Assembly: GCA_002269645.1 (NCBI GenBank)
Contig: NIVC01000991.1
Location: 1 to 64,000 of the forward strand
From: Macrostomum lignano
Lineage: Eukaryota
DNA length: 64,000 nt
Direction: 5' to 3'
Part shown: in pieces, positions 9,779 to 21,119 of the stretch
Layout of the letters: the number at the start of each line of letters is the position of its first letter
Numbering within the stretch: position 1 is the first letter of the stretch
Position numbers and translations under genes: made by a program
Notes under the pieces: model-generated
Database searches by the model: none
What the model was told of the DNA's origin: nothing
What the model saw: the letters and a program-made list of their open reading frames with translations, nothing else

Positions 9779-10534
9779 TGTCGTAGGGCACTTTTATTAT
9801 TTTCTAAATCCCACCGCTATCGCCAAATTTGTTGCAGGGATAATTAACTATTATAAACTATTCCACCGATGTCACCAAGTTGTTGTAGGGGGTTTGGCTA
9901 TAATTCTAGAATTTCATTATATTAGCTTATTGGATTCGTTATGAGCTACTAAAATACGGCGTAACTGAGGTAAGACTATGGGCTTTCACGTAAGCACGGA
10001 TTGCCCTGGTAGCGCGCAGTGCCCGAGCGGCAAGACACTGTTCAGCTAGGGGGAGAGGGGGAAAGACTAAGTCCTAAAGCAGCGTCCTCCAATGGATCGA
10101 GGTTGCCCGGTGAATTTCAATTTCCTCTTACGGATTTGCTCTTGTCAGGTACGACTTTCTCATTGGTTGTTCAATTCGAATATTACTAATGGGATATATC
10201 TCCCTTTTCTATTGGCTCTACGCCTCTGCTCTTTGCAGGTACGCAATTGGCTCTTAGACTACTCGTCTTTTTCTCTTGGTAATTTCTACCTTCTGTCCAA
10301 TGAGCATTCGCTCTTAGTTTTCTAGCAAATGAAGGAAGGCTTGAAACACTTCTTCAATTTTATAGGCAATTCGCCTATGAACCAGAAGGTGTAAAACTTC
10401 GGTTGCCTCTCTGGGCACAAAATTCGCTTCTATTTATACTAAAATTGGGGTGGGGAACAAGACGCGTTTAAACAAAGTTCTAAAAATATACGTTTCCATA
10501 GTAAAGGCGGGAATTTAAAACTTGGCCTCTCTCA
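9779..10534 (-). repeat. 5' LTR of copy 1 (756 bp), containing two extra PBS-like modules
   Basis: TG...CA termini; followed on the + strand by TSD AACT and macrosatellite sequence. Confidence 0.95.
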
Positions 10535-10896
10535 AACTCAACTAATATACTAGTAATTATATAGCTACAAGTATAGCCATATTGTTTAAAAAAATTGAAG
10601 TTGATTTGAGAAAATCTAAAAAAAAGCTTCTACTAAAACAAAAGATGAAATAATTCAATTAAGAATTTAAAAAATTAAGGATATCAAATTTATTTTTGTA
10701 AAAAAAGTTAATCATTATTATATTAAAATAAAGAACAAGCTAATAATATAACAACTAGCTAATCAGTGGAAACTTTAAGGGAGTGACACAGGACATGTAT
10801 AGTGTACCTTGTTAGGTTTAATTTTTTAAATGGAAAATGCATCATAAAATACATGTGCCTTGGTAATCTAAAAAAACAAATAATATAATATGTACC

Positions 10897-11076
10897 CAGT
10901 GGCGCAACCAGGGGGGGGCGGTCGCCCCCCCCCCTTAGGCGGGGGACCGAAAAAAAATCAAAGGGGGACCAAGCGAATTTTCGCCAAAAACAGAGCCACC
11001 CCTCCGCCGCCCCCCTCCCGGGACTTTACCCTCAGAATCCGCCCCCCCCCTTGAAAAATTTCTGGTTGCGCTACTG
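10897..11076. mobile_element. MITE, hAT-type (180 bp)
   Basis: TIRs CAGTGGCGCAACCAG / CTGGTTGCGCTACTG; perfect 8-bp TSD TATGTACC. Second copy at 14751-14940. Confidence 0.85.
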
Positions 11077-11708
11077 TATGTACCTTTTGTAATACCTTAG
11101 TTCTATATAGGTACAAACTAAAAGCAAATAATAAATTATATATAGTTACTTAATGGCCAATGATTCAATAAATTTAAATATCTTACGGTACTATAAATTA
11201 AAAACATTTTTTTCAAAGTTTATATAATTTATTATATAAATTAAAATATCTAACTAATTCAAGAAAAAAGCTTTTCAAATTTGTAATATAATAATGATAT
11301 TGGCCTTTAAAATGAAAATTATAAATGAATTAATTATGTTTTTTATAGATACCTAGTAAAAGTGGTACATAGTGGCCTATTTTTGTGATTAAGTCTATTC
11401 TTCTCAAATCTTAGGTCTAGTCTAAAATATAGGCCTCGCTTAAAAACTGATAATACAACTTTCTCAAGCCTAGGTAAAAAAACAATATGAAATTACACAT
11501 AGGAAATCTATATATTATGAAACTAAAGAATCATTGTCTAAATTTAATTACTTTTTAGCCTAGATAGATAGCCTAGATAGGTGATGGTCTAGTTCTAGGT
11601 GTAGCCAGAAATGGGTATAGCCAGGAATTTCCTATGGTCTGGGGGGATACAAAAGGTGAATTTTCTGTGGGGGATTCACCAAGGTAAAAGTGCTCACATG
11701 ATGCCGAC

Positions 11709-12156
11709 ATGGATGCTATGGACGGGCTTCCAGATAAAGTGAACAATATTACGCAGGAAGAACAAGCATCTTTGTATTACGTCTGCGGATATATTGCTTT
11801 CAAAGATAGCCTTGATTCTCCGTACGATGGGCCAAGCACCTACGATAATTCCTGCGAATTCGCATCAATGGTGTCGCGTGGCAGGCTAAAACATCCTCCA
11901 GAGTGGTTGCTACTTTTTTCCTTTTTTTGCTACTCGTTTTTTTGCCACACTAATTCCAGATGCGTCAATAACACAGCCAAAGCATTTGCTACAATCTATG
12001 ACGCGTTTTTTGATGTGCCAATTGAGACTGCTTTATTGCAACGCATCTCGAAGAGACTAACGAACATATTTTTTTAAGGGGCTCGTTAGACGAGACTCAG
12101 AGCCTCAGAGAGAAACGAGCTCCACCGCACGTCGGCTGCGCAAGTTGAATCCTTAA
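11709..12156 (+). pseudogene. C-terminal fragment of a P-element/THAP9-like transposase
   Basis: LYYVCGYIA...EFASMVSRGRLKHP...RLTNIFF(K)...RRLRKL resembles the P-family C-terminal YxxGY/SRGxLxxP pattern. Frameshifted in T-runs; N-terminal part absent. Confidence 0.6.
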
Positions 12157-12471
12157 CAGATTTTTTGGAGATTTTACAATCATTTTACAATTTGTTTTTT
12201 ATTTTCCAGTTTGCTGTTTGCTTTTTCAGCCTGAATCCTTTGCTCATAACGTTGCTCGTTGCTCATAACGCTATAATTTCTATATTCCCTTTTTTGTTTA
12301 CTATTTTCCCTTCTATCATAGTTTAAAGTTATACATGTACGCTTGCATTTTCAGCCCAAAAACCTTCATAAATTTATTTTTGTCTAACTTACATTTTTGT
12401 AATACTTCGGGTGTGTCATATTATTAAGTAGCTAATGTCAATGTCACTACCAGAGCAGATTCACTTGCCAT

Positions 12472-12606
12472 CAGTGGCGCAGCCAGGGGGGGCCCGGGCC
12501 CCCGAAATTTACCCCCCCCCATTCGGAGAAAAAATTCTAACCCCCCTCCTCTGGGTGTTAAATGCTCCACCCCCCCCCCCCGAAATAATGTCTGGCTGCG
12601 CCACTG
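12472..12606. mobile_element. MITE (135 bp), related termini to the 10897 MITE
   Basis: Perfect 15-bp TIRs CAGTGGCGCAGCCAG / CTGGCTGCGCCACTG; TSD degraded. Second copy at 16335-16467. Confidence 0.75.
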
Positions 12607-14750
12607 CTCATCACCATCCAGCCAGAAAATCCGAAACCACCTTACAGTTAGTTGTGCGACCGTGCATTGTCTATCTGCCACAGAAGCTCGTCCAGGTGAA
12701 TCGTGAATTGTGGACCTGATTAGAGCGTGCGACTTGTCGAGATTCATGGTGATTTTTGTTCGCTGCGTAGACGAGTTTTCAACGCGTATGCGTTGCGCTG
12801 GCTATAGCTATCGGCTTAACGAATTATTGCCGTAGGTTGGGCCATAAACATCCAATGCATGTCTCGATTGCACTGGTATCGATTCACTATCACTAAGAAA
12901 CTTTGCAGCTGCTCTACATGCACGCGAACACCCGACACACCCAAAATAATGACACACCCGAAATAACTCACCCGCATTTGATGTAGAGATACATTCTGAA
13001 AAAATAATGTTGGTCTTCCACAGAAAATATCGAGCGCTTGATATTGTCTGGTCTTCCAGTTTTGTCTAAATAAGCTCTTTATTATTGGTGCACATTGTTC
13101 TGTAACTGTTTACTGCATTCATTTAAGCAAGTTTTCTACAAGCTAAAGTACTTTTGTGCTGCTTGATAATTGCAATGCCAGGACCAAAACTTCAAAGGCA
13201 TGGTCAAGAGAAAAGGAATCAGAGCGCCACAATACGCTCACCGAAAAATGTTTGCAGCAATTAGAGCACAATTTGCATAACGTTAATGTATAAGATTCTT
13301 AAGATTTCTAGACCTATACTGCTAGAGTTTACTAAAACTTTTATAGCACATCGTACCATATCAGATAGTCTAGGATGAAAAATTCCTGATAACTGAGCTA
13401 GCTACTAGTTGAGCCGCAATCGATTTCGATAATCGGCCTCCAAAACTCTCCATCATTTTCAGTGACCTCCAAGTCAAAACTGTTGACTACGCACTCAGTA
13501 TTTAGCTGTCAGTTTACTGCATACATTTATATACTATACAAAACTGCATTTTATTTACTCAATGTTTCTCTTGTATTTGCCTGTTATGAGCTGAGCATTT
13601 TACCAGCCTTTATTACTTATATTTTCGGCATAGCGCATCTTTGTGCTGGGTTTCATTTTTGTGCATATGAAAAGAAGTGTTTAAGAAACAATTATATTTT
13701 TTATATAATATCAGTATGTATACAGAATATATCTATTCATTTCTTTTTTAATACTTTTTAATACACATAATATATATTATAATCAGCAAAAATTCCTTGC
13801 AAGTAAAATTATGAAAAGTTCACATTGTACAGGAGAGAAAAAAAGTTTTGTCTGTTAATTTTACTCAAATAAAAGTGAAGTTCTTCACTTTGGGAGTTAA
13901 TCAATATGAAAGACAATGCCAGCAAAAATGAAAACTGTACCAATGAGTGTGGAGAGCCAGTGTCAGCCAGCAAGCAGTTGAATAACCGCAGTCACATCTT
14001 GAAGCAGTGCACAATAGATCAGCATCAATGCTTGATGTTGTCTGGTTAGCAGCCAGAGCATAGCCATCTTTTGTATGTTGACAGCCAAACCAATTGCTGC
14101 CACAAAAGCAACCAGCCTGCCTAGCTTCCTAGGGACAAGTGGGCTGGACATAGAACACCTTGCCAGTCATTAGGTTGGACAAATATGAAGCATTGGCCAA
14201 TACAAAGCATGGTAGATAGGCTTAGAAGGTAGATAAGAGACCAGGAAAGTAGTTCAGGCTTGTTGCTAGTGGCTGGAAGAAAGAAATATTAAAAGGTGAA
14301 CTACTCAGGTTTAATGTAAAAATGGATGCTGGTCAAAGATATACAAAAGTTATTTAAAATTATATAAGGCATTAAATATATTTGGCAACTCAACTAATAT
14401 ACTAGTAATTATATAGCTACAAGTATAGCCATATTGTTTAAAAAAATTGAAGTTGATTTGAGAAAATCTAAAAAAAAAAGCTTCTACTAAAACAAAAGAT
14501 GAAATAATTCAATTAAGAATTTAAAAAATTAAGGATATCAAATTTATTTTTGTAAAAAAAGTTAATCATTATTATATTAAAATAAAGAACAAGCTAATAA
14601 TATAACAACTAGCTAATCAGTGGAAACTTTAAGGGAGTGACACAGGACATGTATAGTGTACCTTGTTAGGTTTAATTTTTTAAATGGAAAATGCATCATA
14701 AAATACATGTGCCTTGGTAATCTAAAAAAACAAATAATATAATATGTACC

Positions 14751-14940
14751 CAGTGGCGCAACCAGGGGGGGGCGGGGGGGGCGGTCGCCCCCCCCCCTTA
14801 GGCGGGGGACCGAAAAAAAATCAAAGGGGGGACCAAGCGAATTTTCGCCAAAAACAGAGCCACCCCTCCGCCGCCCCCCCTCCCGGGACTTTACCCTCAG
14901 AATCCGCCCCCCCCTTGAAAAATTTCTGGTTGCGCTACTG
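14751..14940. mobile_element. MITE, hAT-type (copy in second unit)
   Basis: Same TIRs and TATGTACC TSD as 10897-11076. Confidence 0.85.
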
Positions 14941-15572
14941 TATGTACCTTTTGTAATACCTTAGTTCTATATAGGTACAAACTAAAAGCAAATAATAAAT
15001 TATATATAGTTACTTAATGGCCAATGATTCAATAAATTTAAATATCTTACGGTACTATAAATTAAAAACATTTTTTTCAAAGTTTATATAATTTATTATA
15101 TAAATTAAAATATCTAACTAATTCAAGAAAAAAGCTTTCAAATTTGTAATATAATAATGATATTGGCCTTTAAAATGAAAATTATAAATGAATTAATTAT
15201 GTTTTTTATAGATACCTAGTAAAAGTGGTACATAGTGGCCTATTTTTGTGATTAAGTCTATTCTTCTCAAATCTTAGGTCTAGTCTAAAATATAGGCCTC
15301 GCTTAAAAACTGATAATACAACTTTCTCAAGCCTAGGTAAAAAAACAATATGAAATTACACATAGGAAATCTATATATTATGAAACTAAAGAATCATTGT
15401 CTAAATTTAATTACTTTTTAGCCTAGATAGATAGCCTAGATAGGTGATGGTCTAGTTCTAGGTGTAGCCAGAAATGGGTATAGCCAGGAATTTCCTATGG
15501 TCTGGGGGGATACAAAAGGTGAATTTTCTGTGGGGGGATTCACCAAGGTAAAAGTGCTCACATGATGCCGAC

Positions 15573-16019
15573 ATGGATGCTATGGACGGGCTTCCAGATA
15601 AAGTGAACAATATTACGCAGGAAGAACAAGCATCTTTGTATTACGTCTGCGGATATATTGCTTTCAAAGATAGCCTTGATTCTCCGTACGATGGGCCAAG
15701 CACCTACGATAATTCCTGCGAATTCGCATCAATGGTGTCGCGTGGCAGGCTAAAACATCCTCCAGAGTGGTTGCTACTTTTTTCCTTTTTTGCTACTCGT
15801 TTTTTTGCCACACTAATTCCAGATGCGTCAATAACACAGCCAAAGCATTTGCTACAATCTATGACGCGTTTTTTGATGTGCCAATTGAGACTGCTTTATT
15901 GCAACGCATCTCGAAGAGACTAACGAACATATTTTTTTAAGGGGCTCGTTAGACGAGACTCAGAGCCTCAGAGAGAAACGAGCTCCACCGCACGTCGGCT
16001 GCGCAAGTTGAATCCTTAA
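15573..16019 (+). pseudogene. P-like transposase C-terminal fragment (copy in second unit)
   Basis: Same sequence as 11709-12156 with different T-run indels. Confidence 0.6.
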
Positions 16020-16334
16020 CAGATTTTTTGGAGATTTTACAATCATTTTACAATTTGTTTTTTATTTTCCAGTTTGCTGTTTGCTTTTTCAGCCTGAATC
16101 CTTTGCTCATAACGTTGCTCGTTGCTCATAACGCTATAATTTCTATATTCCCTTTTTTGTTTACTATTTTCCCTTCTATCATAGTTTAAAGTTATACATG
16201 TACGCTTGCATTTTCAGCCCAAAAACCTTCATAAATTTATTTTTGTCTAACTTACATTTTTGTAATACTTCGGGTGTGTCATATTATTAAGTAGCTAATG
16301 TCAATGTCACTACCAGAGCAGATTCACTTGCCAT

Positions 16335-16467
16335 CAGTGGCGCAGCCAGGGGGGGCCCGGGCCCCCGAAATTTACCCCCCCCCATTCGGAGAAAAAATTC
16401 TAAACCCCCTCCTCTGGGTGTTAAATGCTCCACCCCCCCCCCGAAATAATGTCTGGCTGCGCCACTG
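16335..16467. mobile_element. MITE (copy in second unit)
   Basis: Same 15-bp TIRs as 12472-12606. Confidence 0.75.
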
Positions 16468-18251
16468 CTCATCACCATCCAGCCAGAAAATCCGAAACCA
16501 CCTTACAGTTAGTTGTGCGACCGTGCATTGTCTATCTGCCACAGAAGCTCGTCCAGGTGAATCGTGAATTGTGGACCTGATTAGAGCGTGCGACTTGTCG
16601 AGATTCATGGTGATTTTTGTTCGCTGCGTAGACGAGTTTTCAACGCGTATGCGTTGCGCTGGCTATAGCTATCGGCTTAACGAATTATTGCCGTAGGTTG
16701 GGCCATAAACATCCAATGCATGTCTCGATTGCACTGGTATCGATTCACTATCACTAAGAAACTTTGCAGCTGCTCTACATGCACGCGAACACCCGACACA
16801 CCCAAAATAATGACACACCCGAAATAACTCACCCGCATTTGATGTAGAGATACATTCTGAAAAAATAATGTTGGTCTTCCACAGAAAATATCGAGCGCTT
16901 GATATTGTCTGGTCTTCCAGTTTTGTCTAAATAAGCTCTTTATTATTGGTGCACATTGTTCTGTAACTGTTTACTGCATTCATTTAAGCAAGTTTTCTAC
17001 AAGCTAAAGTACTTTTGTGCTGCTTGATAATTGCAATGCCAGGACCAAAACTTCAAAGGCATGGTCAAGAGAAAAGGAATCAGAGCGCCACAATACGCTC
17101 ACCGAAAAATGTTTGCAGCAATTAGAGCACAATTTGCATAACGTTAATGTATAAGATTCTTAAGATTTCTAGACCTATACTGCTAGAGTTTACTAAAACT
17201 TTTATAGCACATCGTACCATATCAGATAGTCTAGGATGAAAAATTCCTGATAACTGAGCTAGCTACTAGTTGAGCCGCAATCGATTTCGATAATCGGCCT
17301 CCAAAACTCTCCATCATTTTCAGTGACCTCCAAGTCAAAACTGTTGACTACGCACTCAGTATTTAGCTGTCAGTTTACTGCATACATTTATATACTATAC
17401 AAAACTGCATTTTATTTACTCAATGTTTCTCTTGTATTTGCCTGTTATGAGCTGAGCATTTTACCAGCCTTTATTACTTATATTTTCGGCATAGCGCATC
17501 TTTGTGCTGGGTTTCATTTTTGTGCATATGAAAAGAAGTGTTTAAGAAACAATTATATTTTTTATATAATATCAGTATGTATACAGAATATATCTATTCA
17601 TTTCTTTTTTAATACTTTTTAATACACATAATATATATTATAATCAGCAAAAATTCCTTGCAAGTAAAATTATGAAAAGTTCACATTGTACAGGAGAGAA
17701 AAAAAGTTTTGTCTGTTAATTTTACTCAAATAAAAGTGAAGTTCTTCACTTTGGGAGTTAATCAATATGAAAGACAATGCCAGCAAAAATGAAAACTGTA
17801 CCAATGAGTGTGGAGAGCCAGTGTCAGCCAGCAAGCAGTTGAATAACCGCAGTCACATCTTGAAGCAGTGCACAATAGATCAGCATCAATGCTTGATGTT
17901 GTCTGGTTAGCAGCCAGAGCATAGCCATCTTTTGTATGTTGACAGCCAAACCAATTGCTGCCACAAAAGCAACCAGCCTGCCTAGCTTCCTAGGGACAAG
18001 TGGGCTGGACATAGAACACCTTGCCAGTCATTAGGTTGGACAAATATGAAGCATTGGCCAATACAAAGCATGGTAGATAGGCTTAGAAGGTAGATAAGAG
18101 ACCAGGAAAGTAGTTCAGGCTTGTTGCTAGTGGCTGGAAGAAAGAAATATTAAAAGGTGAACTACTCAGGTTTAATGTAAAAATGGATGCTGGTCAAAGA
18201 TATACAAAAGTTATTTAAAATTATATAAGGCATTAAATATATTTGGCAACT

Positions 18252-19005
18252 TGTCGTAGGGCACTTTTATTATTTTCTAAATCCCACCGCTATCGCCAAA
18301 TTTGTTGCAGGGATAATTAACTATTATAAACTATTCCACCGATGTCACCAAGTTGTTGTAGGGGTTTGGCTATAATTCTAGAATTTCATTATATTAGCTT
18401 ATTGGATTCGTTATGAGCTACTAAAATACGGCGTAACTGAGGTAAGACTATGGGCTTTCACGTAAGCACGGATTGCCCTGGTAGCGCGCAGTGCCCGAGC
18501 GGCAAGACACTGTTCAGCTAGGGGAGAGGGGGAAAGACTAAGTCCTAAAGCAGCGTCCTCCAATGGATCGAGGTTGCCCGGTGAATTTCAATTTCCTCTT
18601 ACGGATTTGCTCTTGTCAGGTACGACTTTCTCATTGGTTGTTCAATTCGAATATTACTAATGGGATATATCTCCCTTTTCTATTGGCTCTACGCCTCTGC
18701 TCTTTGCAGGTACGCAATTGGCTCTTAGACTACTCGTCTTTTTCTCTTGGTAATTTCTACCTTCTGTCCAATGAGCATTCGCTCTTAGTTTTCTAGCAAA
18801 TGAAGGAAGGCTTGAAACACTTCTTCAATTTTATAGGCAATTCGCCTATGAACCAGAAGGTGTAAAACTTCGGTTGCCTCTCTGGGCACAAAATTCGCTT
18901 CTATTTATACTAAAATTGGGGTGGGGAACAAGACGCGTTTAAACAAAGTTCTAAAAATATACGTTTCCATAGTAAAGGCGGGAATTTAAAACTTGGCCTC
19001 TCTCA
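18252..19005 (-). repeat. 3' LTR of copy 2
   Basis: Matches the copy 1 LTRs except for G-run length. Confidence 0.93.
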
Positions 19006-19513
19006 ACTGGCTTCCCTAAGGATAATTTTCGAATGGTAAAAAAAATAAAAAGTGAGAAAATTATTCTATTTGATACAATGAGTAGTCTATAACGCACGCC
19101 TAACAAAAAATGCAACATAATGTGAGTATTAATGGAATATAAAAGCGCGAAATTAGGTGCACAGAAAATGTGACAGTCATAAACTAAATACGGAAAGTGT
19201 GAACTAAATATGGATGCACGCACAAAGTTCAAACAGTTATGGTGAATAAAACGGTGTAGATGATAAAACAAATGTGAAGTGGTTTTAATGAGTAAGCAAA
19301 AACACAAAGTTAGACAGTAGTAATTAGATAAGCAATTTTATAGATAGCACAATAAAAAAATGGAGCACAAATGCCAGCAAATATATGAATAAGCAGAAGG
19401 CTACGCAATTTTATTAAAGGATGAACGCACACTACTAATTTGTAAAATTTTTACGATAAATTGCAGAGGCAGAATTATATTGCAAATGTTAATATTTGGC
19501 AAAGTCACCTGTA

Positions 19514-20874
19514 TTAGTTCATATTAAACTCCTCTGGTAACCCACGCTCGTCCGTCCAGCCGAGAAGATCTCCCATCCAGCGTACTTCGATACGCAGGAG
19601 GATCCCGTAATACGGGTGGCCCGCCTGCTGAAGCGCGTGGAGAGTGTAGGCGACCGCTCGTCGCCATGCCGCAATTGCTTGCTCGGGCGTGTAGCTGCTC
19701 ATCAACATCTGTAGTACTGGCCGAATATGCGCCCGTTGCGGCAGAGCGCGGTCAAGACGCACGTTGGCAATTCGCATCAAATAAGCCTTGATGAGGGCTA
19801 TCATTCGCTTAAAGTGCGCATGGCGGCCTTCGGGTATTTCAGCCAGAGCCCGGCTCAAGTTGGCACCGAAGTCATTGACATCAGCCGGGCGAGGGAACTG
19901 GCTCGATTGTGGTTGAACTTGAAATTGCGCCTGGTTCGCGTCCATGCGCAAGCAGCGTTTGATGATGGAGGCACCGTTAATATCGGCTGCGGTGGTTGCT
20001 GTGACTGTGGCGCTGGCGACGGCTGCTGCGGGGGCTGCTGCGACGGCTGCTGAGCTGGCGACGGCTGCTGTGAGTGCGGCGCTGGCGTCAGCTGCTGCGG
20101 GGGCTGCTGTGACAGCTGCTGAGCTGGCGGCAGCTGCTGTGTTGGCGCTGACTGCGGCGGACGACGCTGAGGGCGCTTCCGCGGAGCAGGCTGCCGCTGG
20201 CGGCTTGAGTGTGCTGTCGCCTGTGTCGGCTGTCGCTCTTGCAGCGGGGTCCGCGGCAGAATCCGCCGTACAGCCGGGCCGAGCCGCATCATTATAGTGG
20301 AGCGCGCCTCTGTTGGACGCCGAGCCATTGCCGTGGCGCTCGCCTCTGGTGCCTTCGCAGCCTGTCGCCGCAAAATAGCAGCCCGATTCTCAGCTGCCTG
20401 TGGCACCGGAATCTTTGAAGGGGCTGCTCGCTTAGGCTGTGTGGGCGCTTGCACTGGCGAGCCGACCCTTTTTACGACAGATCGCAGCCGGCCTCCAGGC
20501 TTCGATGGTTGCGTAGGCTGTCGCTCGGGCGCCTCCAGCTCTTGACCATCATTGATGGGCGGCCGCTTCGGGACCGTACTGCGATTGTCAACTTCTGCAG
20601 TTGCTGCCGTGGTGGCGCTCGTGCCAGCTGCCTCACTACTGCCAGTGTCGGCTGTTGCTTCCGTGTTTGCCATGCCGGCCGCTCTGCTGTCTATTTCGAC
20701 TGTTGTGCTTGTCACTTCGACTGGTGCGTTAGCCATTTCGGCTGCTGCATTCGCCCTTTCGGCTGGTTCGTTGGCCCTATCGGCCGTAGTACTATCAAGT
20801 CCATCGAACGTATCAAATGGATCCTCAATATCGAGTAATTCTCTAAGCCACGAAAAATCCTCTTCTTCACTCAT
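19514..20874 (-). CDS. ORF3 of copy 2, with a 1-nt deletion near 19947 (real frameshift or sequencing error)
   Basis: Translation identical to copy 1 ORF3 on both sides of the indel. Confidence 0.65.
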
Positions 20875-21119
20875 TGCTCTTCCGAAATTCTCGGTCTCTC
20901 TGGAAATCTGTGGGGCTTCCGGGGCGTCAGGGGTCTTGCTTATATAAGCCTCTCCGGGGAGGGGTCCCGGAGAGGGATCGTGGCCTCCGATTTGCTTAGA
21001 CAAGCAAATTTCCAAATAACGCGCTCTCATTGGCTCTCCGCACTCAATTCCTTTCTTCCAATGGGATTGCTTCCTCACGCCTTCGCGCCTGTGCGCGCCT
21101 TCCTTCTGCTTCCCGTCTC

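Larger units (their letters stand above)
1045..10534 (-). mobile_element. Full-length Ty3/Gypsy LTR retrotransposon, copy 1 (~9.5 kb)
   Basis: Two LTRs with TG...CA termini (1045-1798, 9779-10534). 4-bp TSD AACT at 1041-1044 and 10535-10538, confirmed by the empty site GGCAACTCAACT at 14384-14395. Contains gag, pol (PR-RT-RH-IN order) and an extra ORF. Confidence 0.97.
10539..14390. repeat. Macrosatellite unit (~3852 bp) ending in an EMPTY insertion site
   Basis: Near-identical to 14391-18251; reads TTTGGCAACT|CAACTAAT with no LTR. Confidence 0.95.
14391..18251. repeat. Macrosatellite unit (3861 bp) ending in a FILLED insertion site
   Basis: Near-identical to 10539-14390; ends TTTGGCAACT followed by the LTR TGTCGTAGGG. 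Confidence 0.95.

Noticed and set aside
9755-9890. CRISPR-like array
   Set aside because: Repeat-spacer appearance is explained by LTR-end/PBS modules; eukaryotic context, no cas genes.
19940-21000. Copy 2 ORF3 frameshift and N-terminal extension as biological changes
   Set aside because: Both arise from single-base losses in short homopolymers, typical of long-read consensus error; unresolved without reads.
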